From assembly GCF_964204645.1 (NCBI RefSeq), contig NC_134029.1, forward strand, positions 13,976,850-14,040,849: a DNA stretch of 64,000 nt. Direction: 5' to 3'. Shown here in pieces: positions 1 through 12,645 of this stretch. The translations under genes and the position numbers were made by a program. Position 1 is the first letter of the stretch. Each line of letters begins with the position of its first letter. This DNA comes from Tubulanus polymorphus (Eukaryota > Animalia > Nemertea). The notes under the pieces were generated by a model, which ran no database searches, was not told the DNA's origin, and saw only the letters and a program-made list of their open reading frames with translations.

Positions 1-635
1 TTTTCATATTCGAGAAGTTTGAATTGGTCATTGGTGGTCAGTGATGGTCAGTGATGAATTTGCAATGATGATTCCTTAGAGGTTTGAAAACAAACATTAC
101 ATGATAAATTTCCGAAATTCGAAGTCAAGTGTTCAGACTCGGGGATATCTCAATTTGTCAGTTACTGACCACCATGGTGTCACCATTGTGGTCTATAGTT
201 CAAATGAAACATGTGGAACCGACGAAGGGGCCCAAAAGCGTTAAGTCATTTCCTGGAGTGACGTGATCCAAAAATGCCCTAACTGGAAAAGGCAGTCTCT
301 CAATTGGATGAAACCAAATCGGACAGGACAATTAAAATTTGGGAAGGTCACAGGTAGTGGTCTTTCTACGAAGCCCACGCGGTGAGCGTATCATTATGAA
401 ATCTTTTTTTAAACCACCATGTACCACGAAGCAATAAGCATCGTTGTAAGCACTTGAAACAGCCATTAACCACTTGCAACTGTCAGATCAAACATCATAC
501 CGCATCCCCGCAAAGAGGGGTGGTTCAGCAAACCGGAGTTTTCATTGGCCTCTCTAGACTACCCCGCCAGTACGGGTAGCCGAGCAAACCGGAAAACTCA
601 TAATGGGTACTGTGAGAGTGAGTGTACTGTGAGAG

Positions 636-672
636 CTACGAGCAATTATCTAAACTAGATAATTGCTCGTAG
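636..672. mobile_element. 37-bp palindromic micro-MITE with 7-bp TSD
   Basis: CTACGAGCAATTATCTA-AAC-TAGATAATTGCTCGTAG is flanked on both sides by GTGAGAG; a related copy lies at 36115-36148. Confidence 0.8.
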
Positions 673-1600
673 GTGAGAGTGAGTGTGTAGTTTGAGTACG
701 AGTGAGAATGAGAGTGTCTAATAATTTAGTGTGAGTGTAAGCGTGTACTGTGAGTGAGAATGAGTGTACGGTACTGGGACTGTGTGTTAAGATCGTAGGT
801 TTGATTGCTTATTTAATTTGATGCATTAAATTTGAGGATTGTATTAATTTTGTTTTATGTACCGTACGTAAATAAAATTAGTTGTTATGAATAAGTAATT
901 GATGAGTTGTTTGTGGTTGTTTCATGAAAATTGGGGGGGGGGGGATATCTACACCAAGTCCTTGTTCTTTGGCATGTAAATTGTGAATATGGAGGTGTCC
1001 CCTTATTTTGTTGTCTCTTCATTTTTGTGTGGTGTCTGTTTTTGTCACCATAATGTTGTTTTCCATTTATCCAAAGAACGGGTGTTAAATTACTGGTTGA
1101 AATTGTATCATTGGCGGCTTTTCCGTTGCGCCCGCTGGACACCCCGCTTCAGATGATAGTAGTCGGACGGTTTTTGGTGGTAATTAGTGTGACATCATGG
1201 CGGGCCGTGTTCGTTTATTTGTGATTATATTGACGGATTAGTTTGGGTTGTTGTGGTTTCTAAGTAGTCTATTACTTTGACCAAAAAATGTCGGCTGTTG
1301 TAGTAATTAATGCAAATTACAGTGGAGGTAATTATTTAGATGGCGGGTTGATATAAATTGTGTTAACAACCTAGTCCCCTATTCTTGAATCTTACCCTCG
1401 ATGGGTATGTTACTTCAACAGTTCGTAGTTTTGAAGTTTGGGGAATAGGGGTTGGCTCAAGCCGCGGAGCCGACCAGTACGGGGAAATTTCCCCATAGCG
1501 GGCTGTCCATTGTGGGGTAGTCTCCGCGCATGTAGTTATCGCATCTTTGGATAGATGTCGTACGAGGTGGATATTTCTAGGTGATAATTGTGTTTTTAGT

Positions 1601-2716
1601 TTTTTTGACGCCTTATAAAACGTTACCATTATGAAACCTAAACAATGATAACCATTCAGCGTCATTTTACAAACGACAACCGTAAATCGATGTGCAAAAC
1701 GTCACAGGTTTATGTGTACACATACAAGCTATTTGGCAAAATATTATTGATAAAGATGTAGAATGGCTCCCTGGGATTATATAATGACCTCTATTTGAAC
1801 GTTGAAATGTTATATCGCATTGAATATCATGAGAAGACGTATTTTAATAGTAAAGGATGTATGATTATATCAGGGGCGGCAGGGATAAATAGAAATGATA
1901 AGTAAATCGGATTATTCGGTTAAATGGCGGATGTATACACGATTTGGAAGTCTGATATAAAAGTCAGACCCTGACATGGGGATGCTAGTGGAATGACGAA
2001 GCTATCTACGATCTGAGTTGGGCCGGCGTGAATTTCGGCGGCTACAAGCGGTCTATATAAAAACGTGTAAACATATAATTTCAATATTCAATTGTTTTAG
2101 AAAATATGTTCGATATTAGACGTATGCAGGTTTCATGAGATTAGCAATTTATAATAGCATAGCTGTCATATACGGCTCCGCGTCCACTGATGGCATGTGT
2201 ATAAGGTGACAATTAAATTCAATACTTCATTGATCCTTATTACATTGAAATTCCGGGATAAAATTCAAAAAATCAATACATTTACAAATTTTAAAATAAG
2301 AAAATAAAAGACACACGGGTAATTCATACAGAATAACATGAATAAGTTAATTATATGACAATGTCTACTTCTACCCAGACTCAAGTCTAGGATATCAAGT
2401 GACAGCCAGACCGGGCCCCAGGACCGGGCTGGCTGGCTACACGCTATATGCTCAAAGTCATGATGAAGCAGACATCAGAAGAGCTCTTTCTTCAACCATG
2501 GAGGCAATGAAGTTGCAGACCAGCTTAGAGGCAAAAGTGAATCGAAGTCACAAGTTGACAATTTTTTTTTAAATTAGACCAGTCGAAGACTGTATCATCT
2601 ACCCAATCGCCAAATCTCATAATTCCCGAAATTTCTTAAAACTTCGATTTCAAATTTGCAATTCCACATTAGCTTATACCAGAAATTCTACATTTTTTCG
2701 CAGGCGTCAAATAATT
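1601..2716 (+). mobile_element. ~1.1-kb non-autonomous interspersed element with short TIRs (copy 1, unclassified)
   Basis: Ends TTTGACGCCT...AGGCGTCAAA; near full-length reverse-complement copy at ~25050-26219; no ORF. Confidence 0.8.
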
Positions 2717-2739
2717 TATTAAAGTTAATTTTCTTGTTT

Positions 2740-3178
2740 CAGTTTAGAATAGGATCCCACCTATTACCTGTACATAGATTTTCTTATCTCCATCTACCTA
2801 GAAACGAAAGAATGTGCCCAATCTGCAATGTTTTTGGGGATGAATTACATTTTCTCTTTGATTGTAAGATTCTTACCGAACTTCGCAATACCATTCCGAA
2901 TTTAGAAACATTTAGAAACTTTGATATATTAAAAACTCCAAATTTTCAATTAGCACAATTTATAAAAGATGGTTTAGATGTATATAGATCCCTCCTGTTG
3001 TCTGTCAATTGTAAATAGTACACTGTATTTGTATATATTGTAAATACTCTTGTTATGTTTTTAAAATATTTTTTATTTTTCTCTCGATATGTAAATATTT
3101 GTAAACAAAATCTTTTTTTCCTCCACGTACCATGGAAATTGGTTGGAAAGTAATAAATTATCTTATCTTATCTTATCT
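2740..3178 (+). mobile_element. 5'-truncated non-LTR retrotransposon (LINE) 3' end
   Basis: FRIGSHLLP...ERMCPICNVFGDELHFLFDC resembles the C-terminal CCHC of LINE ORF2; followed by 3' UTR, AATAAA and an (ATCTT)n tail. Confidence 0.75.
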
Positions 3179-4364
3179 AGTGAAGTAAATTATATGTACA
3201 TGTATTCACCTCGATCATTACCAACTATTTCGGTCATAATAGTGTAATATCTGGCCGCTGCACGGATTGCCATTGATTTGTTTTCAATTGTTGCGGACCT
3301 TGTAGCATAGCAACAATGGTCCGTTATTTTTAAATTAGAGTGATTGTTTTTTAAGTCACTTTTCAGAAAAAAACGTGACTTGAAAATATTCACCAGTGTA
3401 AAACTTTTTTATTTTTCAAGATAGACCATCACAACCAGCGAGAAACTTGTTCGAAATGTTCTGAAGTTTTCATTCATATAAGATATGATTAACGGAATCT
3501 GCTGTCTTTGAGTAGATTATATATAATACAGCGCGAGCTATCCCCGGGCCAACTCTCAAATTTGTCTCAAGTTCAGGGTTAAATGTAAATGATGAAAATT
3601 ATCTTGATTTTCTCAATTTCAGCGGGGATTGGTAAAAAATATCTTATATTTACAGAATCTATAAGCACTTTAAATCTATCATCCTCTATTGTCTTTGAAT
3701 AACGCTTGGAAATCGTACCGAAAGCATGAAATTTCATGGGTTTCTTGCAAATGTGAAAGGATTTCTGTCCCTTTTTTCATAATCAAAAGTAAAAGTGTAG
3801 AATGCGTTAGATATTCTTCAAAATTAGTCCATTCGACGCAGAAAGACAGCCACAACATGAATCTATCAGCACTTCGACGATTTTTTAATCACTTTTCATC
3901 TACTTTAATTTTGTTCACAAGGACTATAGCATTTTCAATGACGCGGAACCAAATATTATTATTGCATTGTTGCACATGCGCACATAGCAATGTTCCAAAA
4001 AGTTGGTAATGTATACTCTAGTCGGGAGAATAAACGTTTCTCTTATCTCATCTCTTATCCTAGTGAACAGTTTATTCCAATTCAGGATCGGGTGAAATCT
4101 CTTACCTGTAAATATAAATTTTCAAATCTCCAACGTTGACGAACTACATTCTATTTTTGATTGTAAATTACTTACCGAATTACTTAAATTTTTATTTCCC
4201 TTTAGGAACCTTATTTTTCTAATGTTTATAGTTTCATGTGAAATACTTTTAGAATTACAATTAAGAGAAAGACATTTCTTAATTTCTAAACTGTACGAAT
4301 TCCGAGTGAAAATACAATTATTCCAAATCTTATATCTAATCATAGACATCTGATTTACCATTCA

Positions 4365-4453
4365 GTCCAGTTCCACAGTTCTGAGTTAATTTGATTCTAG
4401 AGTTAAAACATTGAAAATGAACTGATTTTAACTCAAAACTGTGGAACCGGACC
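4365..4453. mobile_element. ~90-bp palindromic MITE
   Basis: GTCCAGTTCCACAGTT...AACTGTGGAACCGGAC; related copy at ~31706-31804. Confidence 0.6.
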
Positions 4454-4668
4454 CCTGAATGTTTTGTTGAAATACGGTTTAGGCTTACCGACGAGAATAA
4501 TGCAGCAGAGTTTAAAGTAGTTGTTCATGTATCGTGTAGATACGGAGCCCTTAATGGGTCTTTTTGATAACAAAAAAGAAAATATTCAGTAGGCCTACCG
4601 CAAAACTGTCGTCGCAGTTGGACGTCGATCGTAATTACGGACTTATCCAATTGAGGAATTGAGAGGAT

Positions 4669-6175
4669 TCTCCTTACACCCCAGACTAAACTGTCCAATA
4701 CAGGGAAGTCGTCTCGTTACACTTCAGACTAACTGTCCAATACGGGGAAGTCGTCTCGTTACACCCCAGACTAACTGTCCAATACCGGGAAGTCGTCTCC
4801 TTACACTTCAGACTAACTGTCCAATACGGGGAAGTCGTCTCCTTACACCCTAGACTAACTGTCCAATACGGGGAAGTAGTCTCCTTACACCTTTGACTAA
4901 CTGTCCAATACGGGGAAGTCGTCTCCTTACACTTCAGACTAACTGTCCAATACGGGGAAGTCGTCCCCTTACACACCAGACTAACTGTCCAATACCGGGA
5001 AGTAGTCTCCTTACACTTCAGACTAACTGTCCAATACGGGGAAGTCGTCCCCTTACACTTCAGACTTACTGTCCAATACGGGGAAGTCGTCTCCTTACAC
5101 ACTAGACTAACTGTCCAATACGGGGAAGTCGTCTCCTTACACTTCACACTAACTGTCCAATACGGGAATGTCGTCTCCTTACATCTCTGACTAACTGTCC
5201 AATACGGGAAAGTCGTCTCCTTACACCTCTGACTAACTGTCCAATACGGGGAAGTCGTCTCCTTACACCCTAGACTAACTGTCCAATACGGGGAAGTCGT
5301 CTCCTTACACCATAGACTAACTGTCCAATACGGGGAAGTAGTCTCCTTACACCTTTGACTAAATGTCCAATATGTGCAAGTCGTCTCCTTACACTTCAGA
5401 CTAACTGTCCAATACGGGGAAGTCGTCTCCTTACACCCCAGACTAACTGTCCAATACCGGGAAGTAGTCTCCTTAAACTTCAGACTAACTGTCCAATACG
5501 GGGAAGTGGTCTCCTTACACTTCAGACTAACTGTCCAATACGGGGAAGTCGTCTCCTTACACTTCAGACTAACTGTCCAATACGGGGAAGTCGTCTCCTT
5601 ACACTTCAGACTAACTGTCCAATAATGGGAATTCGTCTCCTTACACTTCAGACTAATTGTCCAATACGGGGAAGTCGTCTCCTTACACCTCTGACTAATT
5701 GTCCAATACGGGGAAGTCGTCTCCTTACACCTTTGACTATCTGTCCAATACGGGGAAGTCGTCTCCTTACACTTCAGACTAACTGTCCAATACCGGGAAG
5801 TCGTCTCCTTACAACTTCAGACTAACTGTCCAATACCGGGAAGTCATCTCCTTACACTTCAGACTAACTGTCCAATACGGGGAAGTCGTCTCCTTACACC
5901 CCTGACTAATTGTCCAATACGGGGAAGTCGTCTCCTTACACTTCAGACTAACTGTCCAATACGGGGAAGTTGTCTCCTTACACCCTAGACTAACTGTCCA
6001 ATACGGGGAAGTCGTCTCCTTACACTTCAGACTAACTGTCCAATACGGGGAAGTCGTCTCCTTACACTTCAGACTAACTGTCCAATACGGGGAAGTCGTC
6101 TCCTTACACCCTAGACTAACTGTCCAATACGGGGAAGTTCTCTCCTTACACCCTAGACTAAATTCCCAATACGGG
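4669..6175. repeat. 42-bp tandem array, ~36 units, contiguous with the Polinton hairpin
   Basis: Unit GACTAACTGTCCAATACGGGGAAGTCGTCTCCTTACAC+NNNN; 14-aa periodicity in the ORF track. Confidence 0.97.
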
Positions 6176-6586
6176 AGTAATAGGGGTAATGTGCTTTCAA
6201 GCCAAAGGTCGAACGGTCGAGCTCATTAAAAAACAAAACATTAAAAGTAATTTAAAACTATAATATATTTTCATAACCGTGTGCATTTTATATTATAACT
6301 AAATATTTATTCTAAGATATCAATAATTTAAATTTAAAAAGCATATTGTATCAAATCAAATGGTCGCTCCACTTCGCTACCGCTCCGCTCCGCGACCAAT
6401 TGATTTATTTACAATACACAAATTCATATAATCAAATATATTTTAATAATAATAATTATTCTATTATTCACCTGAAATACACACGGTTATGAAAATATAT
6501 TATAGTTTTAAATTACTTTTAATATTTGTTTTTTATGAACTCGACCATTCAACCTTTAACCTGAAAGCCCATTACCCCTATTACTC
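6175..6586. repeat. ~410-bp imperfect palindrome (hairpin) at the Polinton subterminus
   Basis: GAGTAATAGGGGTAATG...CATTACCCCTATTACTC outer arms of ~115 bp; inner stem ATTGTA..TGGTCGC/GCGACCA..TACAAT; GC-rich loop. Confidence 0.93.
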
Positions 6587-6790
6587 TTAAAATAATCATG
6601 TACATGAATAACATTTAAATTGACAGATTATTCAATATAAAAGTATATATTTACAACATTATTTCAATATTTATATTTGTATGAGTTAGATTTTTAAACA
6701 TTAAAAGTGTTAGTAAAGTGTGATTGAAATAATACATGATATAAATCATTGAACTTCTAAAATCAATTTAATAAAAAATTTAGTATTAAA

Positions 6791-9700
6791 ATGGAAGCAA
6801 ATAAGTACTACTGCCCAACATGTAATATCAATATAGATAAATCCCAAAAAGCAAGACACAATAAAACTAAAACACATTTAGAGAATAAATTGAAATTAGA
6901 ATATGAAGATGATATATTAGAAACTAAATTAGATGAATTATAGAATGAAAAAGAAACATACAAATGTGATACATGTAATCAATCATTCAGTGATAAAAGA
7001 TATTATAAAGAACATTTAAAATCTAAAAGTCATATTAGAAATATGAATAATGATATTTTAAGTGAAGATTATTTTGATAAAGATAATGATAAGAAACAGA
7101 AGACAATTAAAAGCATAAAAAATAAATTAAACAATAAAAGACCATACATGGAAGATGTAAGAAAATATATTAATTCATTAGATAATAAAAAAGATATAGA
7201 GATAACCGAGAATTTAAAAGTGATATTGGTCCAGCAGCTATTGAGTTTAAATTTCATAATGGAAAAACATTAGAAGAAAATAAAAAACATTTAGAAAATA
7301 TGAAAGAAATAATAAAAATAATAACTGATGTTGAATATCCTAAAATTAGTGTATCTTCTAAAGTAAAGTTTATAAAATCTGAAGATAAACTAATAAATAA
7401 TATAAATTCTCATTCACAACATATTATATATAAACAACATATAGATGATAAATTAGATAAATGTTATAATGAAGTAAAAACTAAAATAGAAGAGAAATAT
7501 TTTGAAGGATCTGGTTTAAAATATTTGATGAAATAATATTTATGACTTTACATGTTTATAACACAAAATATAATAAGTTAACAAAATCAAAACCAATAGA
7601 TGAAAATAATGTATCATATTATAAAGAACCAGATATTGAAGCATCGAGTTATATTAAACTACCATTTAAAACTAATGCTGTAATAAATGTACAAAATGAA
7701 GATGATAAATGTTTTCTATGGGCTATAATAAGTTGTTTACACCCAGTTGAAGATTATAAACAACATAGTTTTAGATTAACTCATTATAAACCATTTCAAA
7801 ATAATTATAAGATAGATAAGTATCCTGTTAGAATTAAAAACGTCCCAAAGATAGAAAGAGATAATAATTTAAGAATAAATGTATTTGATTTAATCAAATT
7901 ACCAAATACAAAAGGTAATAATATAAAACATTATACATTAGAACCTTTATATCTATCAAAAGATTATGATTCAAACGATGTTATAGATATACTATATTTT
8001 GAGAATCATTATATGTGGATTAAACAAATCGATTTATTTTTTAAATCAGAAAGTGATCACCATAAAATATATCTTTGTAGAAAATGTTTACATAGATTCA
8101 GTAATGAAAGTACATTATTAAATCATAAACAATTATGTGAAAATCATGATTATTGTAAATTAGTTTTACCAAATGAAAAGGATAAAATATTAGAATTCAA
8201 AAAATATGATTACAAAAATAAATAAAGTTCCATTTGTAATATATGGAGATTTTGAATCATTAAATAAAGAACTAACCGATCAAGATAGAAAAGAAATATA
8301 TTATAAGAGAAAGAAATTAAATTCTAATGAAAATGATTATTCTGAAGAACCACCAAAAACAAATACTATTAAAAAGATTCATCAATCAGCTGCTGCTTTC
8401 GGGTTATATATAAAATCTGATTATCCAGAACTAATTGAAAGTGAATATTATGATTATAGAAATGAAAATGTTATCAATCATTTTTGTGACTTATTAATTG
8501 AATATGAAATAAGATTTAGTAAATTATTGAATACAAATATAGAAATTATAATGACAGAAGAAGATAAAGAAGTATTTGCGTTTGCAGATAAATGTTATTA
8601 TTGTGAAAAGATATTTAATTATAAAGATAAAAAAGTAAGAGACCATGATCATTTGAACGGAAAGTTTAGAGGCGCTGCACATGAGAATTGTAACTTACAA
8701 GCTAAGAAAATTAACTTTGTACCAGTTATATTTCATAATCTATCAGGATATGATGCACATTTATTCATCAAACAGTTATGCCATAAAATAGAAGAAATTA
8801 ATAATGAAATAGAAAGATTAAATTCAAATAGATCAAAAGATAAAATACCAACTTATAAATTTAGAATGTTAGCTAAAACATCTGAGAATTATATATCATT
8901 CCAATTTGGTTGCCTAAGATTTATAGATTCATATAGATTTTTAAATAGTTCATTAGATAACTTATCAAAATCATTAGTTGATGATGAATTAAAGATATTA
9001 AAACAACACTATCCAAATAATGATGATTTTCAATTAATGAGATTTAAAGGAGCAATTCCATATTCATTTTATAAATCACATAATGATTTCAATATAACTG
9101 AATTATTAAAAGAACAATTTTATGATGAATTAAAAAATGAATATGTTAAAGATGAAGTATATAATAGAACATTGAATATTTGGAATCATTTCAAAATAGA
9201 AAATCATGGGCAATTAGTAGATTTATATTTAAAATCAGATGTATTATTATTATCGGATATAGTCGAAAGGTTTAGAGATGTAAACCTAAAATATTTTAAT
9301 ATTGATCCTTGTCATTGTTATTCATCACCAGGTTTAACATGGGATTGTGGATTAAAATTTACAGATATAAAAATGGATTTGTTAACAAATATAGATCAAT
9401 TATTATTATTTGAAAAATCTATAAGAGGAGGAGTTTCAGGTGTATTGGGGGATAGATATTTCAATGTAAATGATAACCCTGGATATAAGTTATTATATAT
9501 AGATGCAAATAATTTGTATGGTTGGGCAATGATGGAACCACAACCTTATGGAGTATTTGAATTAACTGAAGTTTTACAGAATGAAAATAATGATAAATTT
9601 GATTGGAAGAAAAGAATTCTAGATATTGCAGATGATTCAGATACTGGTTACTACTTTGTTGTAGATTTAGAATATCCTGAAGATAAAAAATTAAAATCTA

Positions 9701-10852
9701 GAAATCTAGCATACTGTCCAGAACATAAAACTGTAACTCATGAAGAATTATCAAATTATCAAAAAAGAACTAAACCCGAAAATCATATTCATACAGAAAA
9801 GTTAATGGTAACTCAAGAAGATAAATATAATTATGTAGTACATTACAGAATGTTAAAGTTTTATCTAAAACAAGGAATGATTCTAAAAAAAATACATAGA
9901 TATATTTCATTTAGTCAATCTAAGTGGTTAGAAAAATATATAGATTTTAACACCAAACAGAGAACTGAAGCTAAAACTGATTTCGAAAAAGATTTCTTCA
10001 AGTTAATGAATAATGCATTCTATGGTAAGACTTGTGAAAATATTAGAAATAGAAATGATATTGAGTTAGTCAGTAATGGTAAAAGGATAAGGCATTTACA
10101 ATCATATCCTAAGTTCATTGGTAACAGAATATTTGATGAAAATTTAGCTGCAGTTAAAATGAGAACATCAATGAAATTTAATAAACCAATCTATGTTGGC
10201 GCTTCAGTTTTAGAATTATCAAAATTTCTAATGTATGAATTCTATTATAATGTATTACAACCACTTTTTGGAGAAAAGCTTATAAAAATATTATATTTTG
10301 ATACCGATTCTTACATATTAAAGATAAAAACTGATAACATAACTGATGATTTAAAAACATTAAAACATCATTTTGATTTCAGTAATTATCCTAAAAATCA
10401 TGAATTGTTTAGCAATGATAATAAAAAAGTTCCCGGTAAATTCAAAGATGAATTAGGCGGTGAAGAAATGATTGAATTCATTGGTATTCTAACCATATTC
10501 ATTGGTTAGATCTAAAATGTATTCATATAAAACTAAAGAACATGAAGCTAAAAAGTTAAAAGGAATAACCAAAAGTGTAGTAGAAAAGAATATTCATTTC
10601 AAAGATTACATCAATTGTATATTCAATGAAGAAGTTAGAAAACATAAAATGAGATGTTTAAGATCTGAAGATCATGAAATGTTTATTGAAGAAATTGAAA
10701 AGATAAGTCTAAACCCATTTGATGATAAAAGATATATTTTAGATGATGGAATTCATACAGTTGCTTATGGTTGTAATTTAGATGAATACTTAAAATTTAA
10801 AAGAGAAGAAACAAAAGAGAACGAGATAATGAAAAGAATTCTAACGTGTTAA
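6791..10852 (+). pseudogene. polB: Protein-primed family B DNA polymerase with N-terminal C2H2 zinc fingers and an endonuclease VII-like Zn insert; frameshifted
   Basis: ATG 6791 gives YYCPTC..H..H and YKCDTC..H..H fingers (in-frame TAG at 6941); exonuclease motifs YGDFES, HNLSGYDAH, YLKSDV; polymerase motifs YIDANNLYG, KLMNNAFYGKT, YFDTDS; CYYC..VRDHDH..GKFRGAAH..CNL; split across ORFs starting 7043, 7300, 7542, 8206, 10502. Confidence 0.95.
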
Positions 10853-10881
10853 TCAAATTTTAATAAAAATATGTATTATAA

Positions 10882-11241
10882 ATGGAGAGTAAACAAACAC
10901 ACAGTGAGAACAACAAATTATTTCTAGATAGAATTAAAGATATAACAAATGTAAAATCTGTAGATTACGAATTCAAAAAGTTAACAGAATTAACAATTCA
11001 TAAGAAATATCTAATTACAAATATTGATACAGTTACTAATAACTATGGAGATAAATTAGTTATACACTTAGAATATGAAGGATTAAAAGGAAATACGTAT
11101 AAATTCAGAACATATTTACCGGATAGATTTCATAGATTATCAAGTGAAGACTTAGAAGAATTATGTTCTGGAGATTTCTATTTCGTATACAAAGGTAAGA
11201 ATGAAAAAGACTTACAAATTATAAATCTCATAATTTACTAG
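10882..11241 (+). CDS. Small Polinton-associated protein, possible OB-fold ssDNA-binding protein
   Basis: Intact 119-aa ORF right after polB; FKKLTEL..KKYLI..TNNYGDKLVIHL..YLPDRF resembles small ORFs seen next to pPolB; fold is inferred. Confidence 0.6.
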   Translation: MESKQTHSENNKLFLDRIKDITNVKSVDYEFKKLTELTIHKKYLITNIDTVTNNYGDKLVIHLEYEGLKGNTYKFRTYLPDRFHRLSSEDLEELCSGDFYFVYKGKNEKDLQIINLIIY

Positions 11242-11311
11242 TACAATTAGATAAAGAATATAAAAATTGTGTAGATTTAAAATTAGTTAATATAAGTTTA
11301 TGTAACTCATT

Positions 11312-11518
11312 TTACAATATATCGGATAAATTATTTCTAGTAATATTTCTATCATAAGTTTGATTAAATTCATATGTTGGACAAAATAATACTATATTAT
11401 CAAAATAGTTTTTATAAACAGTTTCTAATAAATTTAATATAAAATAAGTTTTTCCACAATTTGTTACACCAGAAATTAACATATCATGAGGCTCAAATAT
11501 AAATAATTCCTTATTCAT
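11312..11518 (-). pseudogene. FtsK/A32-like DNA packaging ATPase, N-terminal stub
   Basis: Walker A MLISGVTNCGKT followed by FDNIVLFCPT; truncated after ~60 aa. Confidence 0.85.
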
Positions 11519-12645
11519 TTATATATTTTAATTTTACTTGATAATATCCATTCATTGAATTTATCTGGCCATCCAACCCATTTTACTAAAGAATATTTTT
11601 TTCTTTTAACAGTTTTTGTTTTTTTAATACTTTTTCAATTTTATATTCTTGTTCTAGATTTTCAGTAGTTAAACTTAATTCTTCGTCGTAAAAGTAGCCA
11701 TCAACTTCTTCACCATCTAAATCTTCTAATTTATAGACATATGGTTTTGTTGTTATTACCTTTTTTATTTTATATATTTCCCTAGTAAAATTTCGATCGT
11801 ATCCTTTGTCAAATATCTTTTTATACTTAGAAATTCTAACATTTTGACCAACTTTAAATTTAGGTTCACCAAAATCATCTAAAGAAATGCTCCATATAAA
11901 TTATTCCAAACAATTTCAGCATTTTCAGGTTTTCTAGCATCAATAGGTTTCATTCCAATAGAAGAATGATAACAATTATTATATCCTTCTATCAATTTTG
12001 GTAAAACATCAATCCATTTAAAAGTATTATTTGCTGTAAAATATTTCCACATTCTTGTTCTTAATGTTCTATTAAATCGTTCAACAACTGCTGCTTTTTT
12101 ATCCGATTTTGTTGAAAAATATTTAATATAATGATTATCTAAGAGTTCATGAACAAGTGAATTATCAAACTCTATCCATCATCAAATTGTATTTTTTCTG
12201 GTTTTAGTTTATCATCCGAAAGAAATTTTCTTAAAACATTTGATGTTTGTACAGCATCTTTTCTATAAAGTGGGAAGCTCCATACATAACGACTAAAAAT
12301 ATCAATTATATTCAATAACCACCAATAATCATTATTATCTTTCTTAACATTTTTCATATCAATTAAATCTCCTTGCCACTGTTGATCTACATAACTTACC
12401 ATAGTTTTACGAGTTTTATATTTTCTAACAATTTTTTTATGTGTTGTGTATGTTGGTTGTTCTAACATAAATTCATTTATATCTTTATATTTAATTAAAT
12501 TTTGTGGGATTATCTTATCTAATTTATCTTGTTTTACTTGACGCCATACATTTTTGATAGAAGAATAAGCAACTGAACTCTCAGGGTTGTAATATAAATT
12601 TCTTAAATATTGTTCTTTAGTATTAGGAGTTTTTTTACCGCCCAT
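11519..12645 (-). pseudogene. Retroviral-like (rve) integrase with C-terminal chromodomain; frameshifted
   Basis: QWQGDLIDM, IDIFSRYVW, IQFDDG then (shifted frame) EF..KAAVVERFNRTL, YNNCYHSSIGMKP, FKVGQNVRIS..FDKGY, and chromo motif SLVKWVGWPDKFNEWI; its TAA abuts the ATPase ATG. Confidence 0.92.

Noticed and set aside
4659-5825. Repetitive ORFs (TNCPIRGSRLLTLQ and CKETTSPYWTVSLK)
   Set aside because: By-product of a 42-bp unit; frames are broken by stops in variant units
4669-6175. CRISPR array
   Set aside because: The variable part is only 4 nt and recurs; no cas genes; eukaryotic context
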